Source: the human T2T-CHM13v2.0 reference genome, Homo sapiens
Length of the DNA stretch: 64,000 nt
Assembly (NCBI RefSeq): GCF_009914755.1
Contig: NC_060928.1
Strand: one strand, 5' to 3'
A program made the position numbers and the translations under genes. Positions 29,224-42,951 of the stretch are shown piece by piece. Position 1 is the stretch's first letter; each line of letters begins with the position of its first letter. The notes beneath the pieces are model-generated. The model was not told the origin of the DNA, ran no database searches, and was given only the letters and a program-made list of their open reading frames with translations.

Positions 29224-30764
29224 TTAAAATGATTAAAAATAACAGGAGTATTAATTATATTCTGCCATCGCTGAAGTATAATACATGTAATAATAAGTAT
29301 AGTACACACGTGGATAAGAAACAACAAGAAAATTACAACAGAGATAAGCCAGGCATGAAGAATGAAGAGTAATAGATTAATCATACATTGAAATTACTGG
29401 TTTAAGAGAGAGGAAACATTTTGCTGGCAGATATTGTAAGATGGATGATTTCTAATTTGATACTAAAATGAATAAAAATATTACATTTCAAGTGTGGTTG
29501 ATGTAAGCATGGTTACTCATGAGTGGGAAGATAAGTAACTCTTGTAATAAAGAGGTAACCATATAGAATTATAATATTTGCAATCCCCCTGGGGGTAGTA
29601 TTTTAAACAGAAAAAAATAACAAATTTATTGCATTAAAAATCACTCTAAAAAGTTAATACCTTTATTCCTGCTATCAGGAGCAGAAAGAATGAATATGTA
29701 TGGCTAGGCACTATTGAATACCCTGTTTAAATGAATGTAGCAAATCATTTAAATGCTCCAGGGTTTTCTTTTTCTTACCAAAAATCATCTAGGTACATAG
29801 GCAATTTAATTATGTCAGCTCAAGCAGTGTGCATTTTTATATCATAAAAAGAATAATTTAGAGTGTATATTTTTATAAAATCACCTTTTTATTTTTAGGG
29901 AAAGCAACATGACAGTATGATTTTAGACTCTTCTGTTCAAACTTGCTCTAAGTTGGTTAGATAGTAAAATATTACCTACATGATTAACACAAAACCTATA
30001 GGATTGTATTAGTCACCATGTATCAAAAAATAAAAGAAATGTAAAATTATTTATGCAAACAGAATAATGAAATACTAAACACATACACCAATAAGATCTT
30101 GTTAAGATCCCAGTGGGCGCAGAATTGAAATACAGACTTTAACAGAAATGTATTACTTCCTACAAAATGTGTTTTTAAAATATTTTCCTAAGAAAGCCTC
30201 CTTGGGAAAGATCTTTAAATAAGTACTTGTACTTAAAAAATGCTTATAAATAAGGATATAAACATTGTATCCTGGGAGAAAAAAAAAGTTATGTTAAAAT
30301 GAACAACTGAATGCTCTGCCTTCCAAATAATAACAGATATAATATGGAGAAGACCTTATGAATCTCGAATGAAACAAGCTCTGCTCAAGTGTGTGTTTTT
30401 CCCATGCATTATAGTCAGGGAAAGGAGAAGCCTTGTTGCTGCTCTTCAGTGCCTGGCAGCCAGGTTGGGGGTGATGGGTATGCTACATACCCCTCATGCC
30501 TCTCACCAGCTTCTGGGTTATTTGCAGAAATAAGTCCCTAAATTTTAAATTATGCTGATATTTATTATGTTAAAATATTGACAAAATAAATATTTTAAAT
30601 AATCATCTGGTTTGTTTTGTGTGATTGATTAAAAACACAACATTTTCTTGGTCATTGAAAAGTAGATACTTACCAATTATGATTTATAACAAGAGTATAT
30701 TATAGTATATTCCATTTATTTTTAATATTTGATCATATGACATATCATTAATATCTAATTAATT

Positions 30765-33700
30765 TTTATTTTTTATAGATTTAGGAGGTATAATGGCATT
30801 TTTGTTACATAGATATATTGCATAGTGGTGAAGCCATTACATAAAGAGTGTACCTTGTACCCATTAGGAAATTTCTCATCTCTCACCTGCTGCCTACTTT
30901 CAAAACCTTTCAAATTCTCCAGTATCTATTATTCCACACTCGATGTCCATGTGTACACATTATTCAGCTACCACTTATCAGAGAACATTTGCTATTTGTC
31001 TTTCTGTTTCTGAGTCATTTCACTTGTGATAATGGCCTCCAGATGTATTCCTGTTGACACAAAAGACATGATTTCATTCTTTTCTATGACTAAGTAGTAT
31101 TCTATGGTATATTTGTACCACATTGTCTTTATCCAATCATCTGATCATGAACACTTAGGTTGATTCCATATCTTTGGTATTGTAAAGAATGCTATGATAA
31201 ACATACAAGTGTAGGTATCTCTTTGATGTAATGATTTCTGTTCCTTTGGGTAGATACCCAATAGTGAGATTACTAGATCAAATAGTAATTCTATGCTTAG
31301 TTCTTTGAGAAATTGCCATACTGTTTTCCATACTGGCTGTACTAATTTGCATCCCACCAACAGTGTATAAGCATCCTTTTTTCTCCGTATCCTCACCAAC
31401 ATCTATTATTCTTGACTTTTTAATAATAGCCATTCTGACTGCATAAGATGGTGTCTCGTTTTGATTTTGATTTGCATTTATTTGATGTTTAGTGAAGTTG
31501 AGCATTTTTTAATATGCTTATTGGCCATTTGTAGGTCTTCTTTTGAAAAAATGTCTGTTCATATCCTTTGCCCACTTTTTAATGGGGTTATTTGTTTTTG
31601 TTGCTGTTGTTGAGTTGCTTAAGTCCCTTGTAAATTCTAGATATTAACCCTTTGTCATATGCATAGTTTGCAAATATTTTCTCTTATTCTTAGCTTGTCT
31701 GATCACTGTTGATTATTTATTTTGTTGTGAAGAAGCTTTGTAGTTAAATTAAGTACCATTTGTCTATTTTAGTTTTTGTTGCATTTGCTTTTGAGGGCTT
31801 AGTCATTAACTCTTTGCCTGGGCCAAGGTCCAGAAGAGTTTTTTCTAGGTTTTCTTCTAGTATTTTTATAGCTTCAGGTTTTGGTAATACATTTAAGACT
31901 CTAACTCATCTTGAGTTAACTTTCGTATATGGTAAGTGATAGGGTCCAGTTTCATTCTTCTGCATATTGCTCACCAATTTTTCCATCACTATTTTTTAAG
32001 CAGGGTGTCCTTTCCCCAAAGTGTATTTTTATTGGCTTTGTCAAAGATCAGTTGGCTGTAGGTGTGTGGCTTTGTTTCTTGGTTTTCTATTCTGTCCTGT
32101 TGATCAATGCATCAATTTTCATACAAGTGCCATGCTGTTTTCTTACTGTAGGCTTGTATTATAATTTGAAGTCAGGTAATATGATGCCTCCAGGTTTGTT
32201 TCTTTTGCTCAGGATTGCTTTGGCTGTTTGGGCTTTGTTGTTGTTGTTCCATGTGAATTTTTGGATTGCTCTTTCTAATTCTGTGAAAAATGATATTGGT
32301 GTTTTGATAGGAATTGCATTGAATCTGTAGATTGCTTTGGGTAGAATGGTCATTTTGACATTATTCATTCTTCCAATCTATGAGTATGAAAAGTTTTTCA
32401 TTTGTTTATGTCATCTACAATTTATTTCACCAGTGCTTTGTAATTTTCCTTGTAGATATTTTTCACCTCCTTCCATTAATTGTATTCTTAAGTATTTTAT
32501 TTATTTGTTTGTTTTGTCATATTTATAAATAAAGTTGTCTTCTTGATTTGGCTCTCAACTGGCTTGTTATTGGTGTATAGAAATGCTACTAATGTTTTTA
32601 CATTGATTTTGTATCCTGAAATTTTAGTGAATTTTTAATCAAATCTAGGAGTCTTTTGGAAGAGTCTTTAGGGTTTTCTAGGAATAAGATCACATCATCA
32701 GTCAGCAGATAATTTGGCTGCCTTTTTTCCTATTTGGATCCCTTTTCTCTATTTCTCTTGTCTGATTTATTTGGTGAGGACTTCCAGTAACACGTTGAAT
32801 AGGAGTGGTGAGAGTGGACATCCTTGTCTTGTTCCAGTTATTGAGGGAAATGCTTTCAACTTTTGCCCATTCAATATGATGTTGGCTGTGAGTTTGTAAG
32901 AAATGGCTGCTATTATTTTTAATTTCTTGAATACTTTTATCATGAAGGGATACTATTTTTTTTTTTTACTTTAAGTTCCAGGATACATGTGCAGTTTGTG
33001 AAGATTTGTTATGTAGCTATACATGTGCCATGGTGGTTTGCTGCACTTATCAGCCTGTCATCTAGGTTTTAAGCCCAGCATGCATTAAGTATTTGCCTTA
33101 ATGCTCTCTCTCCCCTTGCCCCCCAAACCCCAACAGGCCCCAGTGTGTATTGTTCCCATCCCTGTACCCATGTGTTTTCATTGTTCAACTCCCATGTATG
33201 AGTGAGAACATGTGGTATTTGGTTTTCTGTTACTGTGTTAGTTTGCTGAGAATCATGGCTTCCAGCTTCATCCATGTCCCTTCAAAGGACATGGTCTCAT
33301 TCTTTTTTATGACTGCATAGTATTCCATGGTGTATATGTGCCACATTTTCTTTATCCAGTCTATCATTGATGGACATTTGGGTTGGTTCCAATTCTTTGC
33401 TATTGTAAAATAGTGCTGTAAAAAGCATACTTGTGCATATTTCTTCGTAGTAGAATAATTTATAATCCTTTGAGTATATAACCAGTAATGGGATTGCTGG
33501 GTCAAATGGTATTTCTGGTTCTAGGTCCCTGAGGAATCGCCATACTGTCTCCCACAATGGTCAAGGTAATTTACACTCCCACCAACAATGTAAAAGTGTT
33601 CCTATTTCTCCACAGCCTTGCCAGCATCTATTGTGTCCTGACTTTTTAATAATCACCATTCTGACTGGCGTGAAGTACCTCAGTTGGAAATGCAGAAATC

Positions 33701-34358
33701 ACCCACCTTCTGCACTGATCTCGCTGGGAGCTGGAGACCAGAGCTGTTTCTCGTTGCCCATTTTGCCCCCTCCACTGGGATGCTACATTTTTAATACTTT
33801 TTCTGCATCTATTGAAATTATTACATGGTTTTTGTTTTTAATTATGTGGTGAATCACATTTATTGATTTACATATGTTGAATTATTCTTAGATCCCTGAA
33901 ATAAGACACATTTGATCATAGGGTATTATGTTTTCAATGTGCTGTTGAATTCAGTTTGATAGTATTTTGTAGAGGACATTTCCATCTCTGTTCATCAGGA
34001 ATGTTGGTCTATGGTTTGCATTTTTTTTCGTTGCCTCCTTGCCAGCCTTGATATCTGGGTGATACTGGCTTCATAATATGAGTCAGGGAGGTTTCCCTTC
34101 TTTTTAATTTTTTGGAGCCATTTCAGCAGAATTGATACCAGCTCTTTGTACATCTGGTAAAATTCAGCTATGATTCCATCTGGTCGGGGGCTTTTTATCA
34201 GTGTTGTTGGGAGATTTTTTGTTTGATTCAATGTTACTGATTATTGTTAATCCAATCAGCATTTCTATTTTTTTCTGTTTCAGTACTGGGAGGTTGTGTC
34301 TTTCCAGAAATTTATTTGTTTCCTCCAGGTTTTCTATTTTGTGGTTGTATAGTTGTTC
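30765..34358 (-). mobile_element. 5'-truncated L1PB3/4-like, split by the mini-L1PA8
   Basis: 3' end ttatagatttaggagg..gatatattgcatagtggtgaag; ORF2 remnants [15 protein letters not shown] and [14 protein letters not shown]. Confidence 0.8.
32956..33773 (-). mobile_element. Mini-L1PA8: ~100 nt of 5'UTR fused to the last ~710 nt plus poly(A)
   Basis: L1PA8 3'UTR taggttttaagcccagcatgcatt; 33673-33773 is the antisense L1 5' start; imperfect TSD gggat(a/g)cta. Confidence 0.85.
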
Positions 34359-36419
34359 AGACTTTAAGCCTTGACATTGGTAATAGTATTTCCTAAGAAT
34401 GAAAATCCTTTCCTTTGGTTTGAAAATATGAGAATCTAATGTGGGCTGAAATAAGACTCTAAGGAAAGTAATCAAGTGAATCCACTAAAGGATGGTGATA
34501 AAGATTAGCAAAATAATATACTAAATACTCAAAACAATTTTTATTATTTACATTTATTAATCACATTCACACACTATTACTTTTATCCCTGAAGTCATAT
34601 TTCTTGGATAAATTTTTGCCTTATACTTTAAAAATTCTAATTGTATTCAAACTTTTATATTAGTGATAAACTATTTTTGAGCAATTATATTTTTAATGTT
34701 ATATTGAGAAAAATAATTTTGTCAACTTGCATAAACGAAAAGAAGTAAAAATTATAAAAATATAGGCTAAGTTTGATTACATAGTTAATGCTAGTTTTAA
34801 TTTTAATTTTAATTTTTTCAAGTGTCTTTTTCTTTAAATGTGTTTATTTGATTTAACAAGTTCAAACAAATTTTATATTATACCTTATTACCTCCTGAAT
34901 AATTATCAGTATCAGAAGCACATTACAACTAAAATCCTGTTTTAAATGCACAAATAAAATCTGAACTACATAGACATAAAATATACTCTTAAATATTTAA
35001 AAATTTGAAATCACCCCTATTGTATGCATTTTTATCAGAAAATTTAGCATGAAAGTATTTAAAACATGGATTCATATAAAAAAAACCCAGAATTTTTTAA
35101 AGTAGAAGACAATGACAAGGAGGTTAATATTAACAATATTATTTGAACATTGATTATAGATAAGGTACTATTCTGGAAGTTTTTGATGAAATCATAATAA
35201 GCTATGTACTTTGTGCTCATGGAGCTTACTGCCTGGGAAAACTGGAAATTCAAAAGGAGCAAACATGTTTTCTCCTTAAAAATATTTCAAATGTTTGAAG
35301 CCCAGCTTCCTGGACAATCCACTTTTGTTTTCTTGCTTTTTTAGCTTGAGGAACGTAAGTGAGACTTTTCTCCTGCAATAAGACATCACAATTGTTTTTA
35401 TACTTTGGAAAGTTTATTAGCATTGAGAATTTATGTGGCAAATAAATCACATTTTTCCTCCTTAATTCAGAACCACTGAGAAATATGGCACACAAAAAGG
35501 CAGAGACCCAAATGCTAATTTATTAGTAATACAGATTGAGAATATGGCTATTTTTCTATGGGCAGGTGGGCTTGCTCATAACCACTCCTGCATAGCCTTG
35601 TCCATGGGTGGAAACTATCTTGCAGCAAATGCTAGGAAATGGAGTAGTAGAGGATGCTTTAACAGCCAGTCTGAGTCTAAAATGCAGACGGAAAAGGGTA
35701 AAGGGTAAACACAAACAGAAAAGGAAAAGTTCAATGTTTCCCTCCCAAACTCACCAGTAAGGTATTTCACTCTTTCCTGGGGTTACAGAGAGAGAGTGAG
35801 GTAGTACAGAAGGTAGAATGTTTGTCACGTATTTTTTTTTATGGCTGGTAATTGAAAAATAATTCTCTTGTATAGAAATAGTATAAGTGAAGATTAAAAC
35901 CTATCACACCTGTACAGTTACTCTGTCAATATATTGGAACCCTATTAGAATGTTTCATCCTTTTTCATTCATTGGTTGCCATTATATAGGTACAACTGCT
36001 ACAGTCCAACTTTCATTTGAAAAAAAAATTATCATAACTTTTATACTCACCTATTAGAAAATGTGAACTTTTACTTGGAGCCCAGATCAAAGTGGTTGCA
36101 TAGCAGAGTATGTAACAAATCATAGTTTCTATCACAGTGAGACAGAAATCATTTTATGAATGTCAGGGTGCCAAATTTTGATATTGTTTTACAGCTAATG
36201 TTTAACATAGAAGATTTCATATTTTTTATTCCTATTGTGAAAACTACAGTTTAAATCAAAGAGTGTAAACATAACATTTATCTATTTTTCAACAAACATT
36301 ACTGATAATTGTTTCTTTTGTGTAAAGGAACACAAATCTTCTTGTCACTGAATTGTATAAATCATCTTCCAGTCTGGTGAGAGTCTATTATTAGTGCATC
36401 CAATGAAGAAAGCATCTTG

Positions 36420-36590
36420 CTTTAGTCAAAGAATTATAGAAACTTGGAATTTTGGAAGGACATTAAGGATCATTTCATCTAAATCCTGCATTTTACTAAT
36501 GAGGTCCAGACGTCTAGACAAGTCAGTTGATTTTCACAAGGTTAGATTTAAATTCATAATAGGCTAAGACTAGAACTCCATTTTCCTTGC
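36420..36590 (-). mobile_element. MIR (MIR3-like)
   Basis: ttggaaggacattaaggatcatttcatctaaatcctgcattttactaatgagg. Confidence 0.55.
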
Positions 36591-36617
36591 TCATTTGTTC
36601 ACTGTCAAGGCTATAGT

Positions 36618-38410
36618 TCAGACTGTTCTTTCTCTACGTGGTTCCAATATACACAAATTTGTTATCACAGTTTAGGTACATGACACCAATCGCTAACAAC
36701 ATGGTTCCATTTTCACTTTCCACGGTCTATGAAGTGTGAGTATTTGCATAAAGTGCAAAATTCACTGTCAGCCCTTTCATCCACTAATCAGTAAATAAAT
36801 AGCAAATGAGCACCATAGTCGGGGGATGGACTTTCAAAGTCTGGCAGTGATTGTTCCTGCGGATCTCTTATCTAATGCATTCACAGATAGCAAAGTACAT
36901 AGTTGTGTTGCCTCCTTTATCACTGGTAACCCCAGTGATAAATCCATGTGGCATTTTACAAGAAAAAAAAAAGTATAATCAAGGGAGAGAATGGTCCAAC
37001 AAAGACAAAAGTGCAGCAAAGGAAAAGAAAAACACAAGAATGCTGGAAGTGAAATTGATTATGATTAGGAGATTCAAAAATGGCAATAGCAAAGCGATGC
37101 TAGGAGGAAACCTGGGTCTGTGTGAAATTGTGGTACAGACCACATTGAAAATGTACAATGAATAAAACAAACAAAGTAACATCTCTTTAACATATTTTAT
37201 TTTATTCGCTCTAGGAACAAAAAGTTGTGTATGGTCAAAGTGGAGTGTTTACTTCTTGTGTTAGGTGGAATACACTTCCCAAAATGTCAATGTCCTAAGC
37301 TTTGCAACCTGTGAACATGTTACTTTACATGGCAGAAGGTACTTTGCAGATGTAATTTAATTACAAACCTTGAGTTAGAGAGTATATCCTGAATTATCCA
37401 GCTGGGCCTAATGTAATCACAAGGTTTTTATAGGAGGAAGACAGAAGGTGACAGTCAAAGAAAGCTTAACAAGGTGAGTGCATCTTATCGTATATGATCT
37501 TACAAATGAATAACCTTCCACAGCAAGCTTAGAGGGAAATGTGACTATGGAAGAATGGTCAGAAAGATGCAATGTTACTAGCTTTGAAGATAAAGGGGTA
37601 GAGTATGAGCCAAGGTGTATCAGCAGCCTCTAGGAGCTGAAATAGGACAAGAAACAGATTCTTCTCTCCTAGAGCATCCAGAAAGGAACCCAGTACTGCA
37701 CACAACTTGATTTTAACCCACTGAGACCTGTGTCAGGCTTTTAACTCACAAAAGTGTAAAGATGATAAGTTTGTATTGTTCTAAGCCTCCACATTTTTGG
37801 TAATATGTTACTGCAGCAACATAAAACTAATCCACTTGCTCTTTGAATTGTACATATCATGGCTGACACTTTTATTATATGGTGAAAATAACTTTGCAGA
37901 ATCTAAATAGAATGTCAGTGGAGCTACAGAATGAATAGCTTACTAGGGAATGTTGACACTGCTGCCATTCCAGTTCCAAGAACTTAGTGAAGGCAGACTT
38001 ATTTACAGAAATGAGGAAAGTGTGAGAGGATGGAGATGCCCAAGAGGAAGTGATCAGCAAAATCACACTAGAGAAACTCTCAGACATATTTTATGACATT
38101 AAAAGCTCCAGGAATGAGAAATATCAGGGGCATATCTACTCTTAAGAAGAAAGAAGTATGAGAATTCACCAAGACATAGAAATATTATGAATAAGTTATG
38201 TGATGAGAAGGTAACACTATTCAAACTACTTGTGATAAGTCTTTTACAAAGAAATATAATATTTAATTCTCCATATCTAATACTTTAAATTACAATATTC
38301 CAAACAAATACTAGTTTCACTGCATGTTTCATTTCCATATACATTTGTAGTTGACAGAGAGTTTTAAAATTTTTGACATATTTGCAAAAGTAATGGAGCA
38401 ACCATATGTT
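36618..38410 (+). mobile_element. Tigger13-like TcMar-Tigger element with transposase N-terminal remnant, interrupted by MLT1
   Basis: Resembles remembered Tigger13a (ggttccaatatacacaaattt.., tagttgtgttgcctcc, ccaacaaagacaaaagtgcagcaaagg); translation LEVKLIMIRRFKNGNSKAMLGGNLGL is pogo/CENP-B-like HTH. Confidence 0.65.
37258..37832 (+). mobile_element. MLT1D/E MaLR LTR
   Basis: acctgtgaacatgttactttacatggcagaagg..gcagatgtaatt; end ggtaatatgttactgcagcaacataaaactaat. Confidence 0.8.
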
Positions 38411-38559
38411 CCATAACACTCCTACTATTATTATTGATAATTATGACCATTTGGCACAGTCCTAGCTTGCATGATCCTTTTGAAGGTCTTGCATTACCAT
38501 GCAAAGCAAGAGTTGCCTGTATATGATTGTGTGAATATAACACAATTGGATTTTCTGTT

Positions 38560-39815
38560 TGCTTCTTCGTGGACACGTGGGTTGTTAATAGCATTGCTGT
38601 GATCTCGCTTCTACATATATTTTAGTGAACAAATGTGTACATTTTTATTCATATATACTAGAAGGTGAATTGTCATGATAGAAGATATATGAATTTTTAG
38701 ATTTAGTACAAACTGCCAGGTAAAACCTTCCAAAGGAGTTGTATTAACATTTACAAATTTATATTAATATTTTTATTAGTCCATTTTCACACTGCTGATA
38801 AAGACATGCCCGAGATTGGGCGATTTACAAAAGAAAGAGGTTTAATTGGACTTACAGTTCCACGTGGCTGGGGAGGCCTCAAAGTCATGGTGTAAGGTGA
38901 AAAGCAGGTCTCACATGGTGGCAGACAACAGAAGAGAAACTGTGCCGGGAACCTTCCCTTTTTAAAACCATCAGATCTCATGAGACTTATCTCTCTATTA
39001 TGAGAACAGAACAGCACAGGAAAGACCTGCCCCCATGATCCAATTACCTCCCACTGGTCCCTCCCACAACATGTAGAAATTCAAGATGAGATTTTGGTGG
39101 GGAAACAGCCTAACCATATCAATATTATAAAAATATGCTAATATTATATGATATTATCACTGTATATAAGTATATAAACTTTTATTTATGTAAGTTGACA
39201 TTACTTCACCTTAATTCCAAAATTTGGCATTGTTAGCCTTATTTTTTTACCATTTAGTGGAGAATATAGGTATATTTATCATTGCAGTTTAAATTTGCAT
39301 TCACCTGGAGATTCAATCCCATTTTCTTTGCCTTTTGACTATTTCGTTTTCTATTTAGTCATCTTTCAATTTATTTATTTGTGGGAGTTTTAAAATATGT
39401 TATAGTTCTTTATATTGCCTAACTCTTTTATAATCTATGAATTGTTATTCATACGATATTTTTTCTACTTCATTTCTTGCTTTCTCCCTTACCAAAGGAT
39501 ATCCTTTGATGAATAGAAGTTTTAAGCTTGTATGCAATCAACATTTTAATCTATTTTTTTGCCAAGTGCCTTTTTAAGTTAATAAACTTTTTTTCACCCA
39601 AAGTAATAATGGCATCCTTAAAGGTATTCTCTTATTTTTTTAGTGGAAGTGTTATAGCAGATTTTTTTTTTCAGATTTACATCTACAATTCCTCTTGAAA
39701 TAATGTTTGTATATGTGGTAGTGTGATGGTAAAAATTATTTTTGTTTTTTCCATGTGTACATTCAATTTTTCCACTAACATTTGTTCAAAAGACCATCTT
39801 TTCCCAACTGATGTG
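38560..39815 (-). mobile_element. L1ME-type fragments flanking THE1
   Basis: Degenerate antisense ORF2 3' motifs cattgcagtttaaatttgcatt and tcctttgatgaatagaagtttt. Confidence 0.55.
38771..39121 (-). mobile_element. THE1A/B solo LTR (MaLR)
   Basis: attagtccattttcacactgctgataaagacat..tcaagatgagattttggtggggaaacagcctaaccatatca. Confidence 0.9.
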
Positions 39816-40307
39816 CCAATTTCTCTCTTGAGTTATTCTATCCTCTGATCCCTCTTCTCTTCACACTATGACTACCCACACACTCCTTCTGTAAATCTTC
39901 TTTTTCATTGTCCTGTAAGGTTTTAGGCTTGCCTATTTTACTTAATCTGCAACAGAAGCCTCATGGTTAGGCAAAATAAGCTTAGTAAATATACATTACT
40001 AAGTAAACGCCTTATACTTAGCAGAGCTTAATTTTGTTCTTAGAAGCAGATCCTGAGATCTCAAACCATTGAGAAAATATGGAGAAGGGAGATCTTTATT
40101 CTTACATGGGGGAAATAGGAGATATTTTTAAGAGAAATAGGGAGTGAGGTGAGGCTGGAAAGTCAGGTGGAATTTTAACAGGCAGATAAGAAACCAGCAA
40201 TTTCAGAAGAGGGAGTAACTTGAGTACAAGCAGAAGGTGATAAAGCTGTTTATGGGAGAGAGAAAAAAATGGGTGTGACAAAACCATGAGGGAATGTGCA
40301 TTTTAGG

Positions 40308-40410
40308 ATGTGTGTGTGAGTGTATATGTGAGAGAGAATGTGTGTGTGCATATGTGTGCATGCGAGAGACAGTGTGTGCCTGTGTGTGTGTATTTGTGTG
40401 CATGTGTTTG
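40308..40410. repeat. Degenerate (TG)n
   Basis: Seen directly in the sequence. Confidence 0.8.
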
Positions 40411-41464
40411 TTTGGGTTGAGTGCTAGGTTATAAATCTAAGAGGACAACATATTACCAAGTTCTGAAACTGAGAAAATATGCTTTGGAGTGAATACAGAA
40501 AAAAGTACATTGAGGTATGGGAAGAAAATATTAGGTGTTTTGATCTAAATATGACATTGAATGTTAGTAGTGTTCAATATTTGTTTTAGCCAGCGGCATC
40601 TTCCATCTTTCATAAGTCAATGAGAGGACTCAAGGTTTCCTGAGAGAAGGATGAGGGTCACATGAGGCAGAGGAATTGTCAGTGGCTCTTGGATTTCTGG
40701 CTTTGTTTCTGGTTAGTGTCATAATTTAATAAAGATGTACTTGGTTAAAGTGAATTTATAAATTTTGTTGTCTAGTTTTAGCTGAATTAATGTTTGCAAA
40801 AAAGGCACATGGTGAAAATTATCACTGTAAAGAAATGAAAGATGGAAAGTACTGGCAATCATGAAAGTTAAGGCAAACAAAAAGACAAGGGTATAGAGTT
40901 ACCCTTTCATACCTAAGAGCAGCTCTTTTCAGATATTTATGACGTATGTCAATTATAATCTATTTACCTTTGTGAGTAAAATATAAAAATATGTCATCTA
41001 GAAGATTATTAAAAATATGAGTTACTTTCTCTGTTTTTAACAGTTAAACTTTCCCTGCTTTTGTTCTGTGAGAGATTAGCTAAAAATACTATGTCATCAT
41101 GATCAGCTTACTTTAAAATTAAGCATCCGAAGTCTGAAGGCAAACATTTTTGTTTTTTTGGTGCATTTAGTCATGCAATAGTTAATCCAAAACTTTATAA
41201 TGTGTACTAAAGTGAATAACCAATGCTTAAGAGCCTCAATTTTCTGCTTTAAAAAACACGATTGAGAAAAAGGAATTCTCACTGTGAGAAAAATGGCTGA
41301 AATGTGAAATGATAATCAGAAAACAATATTACAACAAATTAAATAAATTTATTGTTAGTATATTTTAACCAGAAGACATTAAGAATATAGTTGCATATTT
41401 GAAAAATCAAAGATCAGAAACATTAATACTGAATGGGAAGACTTTAGATAAACTCAATGAAAGC

Positions 41465-41635
41465 ATGTGTATATATGTGTTCATGTATGTGTATACATAT
41501 ATGTATGCATGCTTTCATTCAATATGCTGTCATTCAGTGCACATACATATGCTTGTATGTGTATATATGTATATGTATATGTATGTGTATATACATATAC
41601 ATACATGCATGCACACACACACACACACATACTCA
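41465..41635. repeat. (TATG)n/(CA)n compound microsatellite
   Basis: Seen directly in the sequence. Confidence 0.85.
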
Positions 41636-42658
41636 CAAATTGTAGCTGCCTCATTCCTTTAAATGGCTGAAAATCATGTCCATGATTCACATAACAAGTT
41701 TGGTTTTGCTGAATATTTAGGGTATTTTCAACTTTTTATTATCTGTATTAGGAACAGGCCTTATAGTTACTCTACATTGAAACATCTGTGACTAGCAAAT
41801 TTGTCTAATCAAGCAAAGTATTAGCAAGTCTTTCATTGTCAGATATTTGCTATGTATTCTGATGTCAGCTTTATGAATAAGAAAGTGATATTTCACTCCC
41901 TACTTGCTGGATCTGTCCCTCTGTTATTAAATTATTTTGTAATCAGGCAGGAAGCTAGGGTTACTTATTAGCTATTTAAACTTCAGCATGTGATACACTG
42001 AGCAGATACATTGAGAAAGAGAAAGGAAGTGAAATTTGATGCTCAAAATAACAGTTGGAAAACACAGCCCTGGTGAGGACTTGATTAGGTGACTTCAGCC
42101 ATGAGTAAAATAGGCCATTTAAGATTTGACTTTGAAAAGTTAGTTGAGTTTATGGTGGCTTTATCACGGGTGAGATGGTGCTTTTGGAAAAGGTAGGTAG
42201 GTATGTTTCTAACAGCTGAGTCTTAATGAATACAGAGAAGTCAATGGAAAGTTTATCAAACTGGTACATGGCTTGATGCCTTTGTAAGTGGCCTGGTGTG
42301 GCTTATGTTCATGACACAATACAGGTTGGCCTGGAGGTGCAGGTGGGGCAAGGACACTAACAGCGCATTAAAAGTGATACTAAAAGCACACTGGAAGAGA
42401 GATTTCTACTTAAATTGAAGTCTCATGTCAAAAATGAAACAACATTTTAGTAATATTTTTTAAACCGTTACTGATGTTTTTCAGCAAGGTCTTCAAAATA
42501 ACTAAGTTCTACGTGGTAACCCCAAGAGCACCAGAATATGAAGTTGTATCCTTGAATTGTTAGTGCCATGTTTTATTTATTTATTTTTATTTTACTACTT
42601 AAATTTCTTTTTTTTAACATTTTTCTAAATTTAATTTTTAAATATTTTGTTTATTTTA

Positions 42659-42951
42659 TTTTATTGAGACAGAGTCTAGCTCTGTCACCCAGGCTGGAGT
42701 GCAGTGGCACAATCTTGGCTACTGCAACCTTCACCTCCCAGGTTGAAGCAATTCTCCTGCCTCAGCCTCCCTAGTAGCTGGGATTACAGGTATGTGCCAC
42801 CATGTCTGGCTAATTTTTTGTTTGTATTTTTAGTAGAGATGGGGTTTCGCCATGTTGGCCAGGCTGGTCTCTAACTCCTGACCTCTTGTGATCTGCCCAC
42901 CTTAGCCTCCCAAAGTGTTGGGATTACAGGCGTGAGCCACTGTGCCCAGCC
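42659..42951 (-). mobile_element. AluSx-like
   Basis: Full antisense dimer ending gagccactgtgcccagcc. Confidence 0.9.

Noticed and set aside
36045-36052. Consensus splice donor AG|GTGAGT on the - strand (another on + at ~37471)
   Set aside because: No convincing partner acceptor or ORF; an 8-mer is expected by chance in 64 kb
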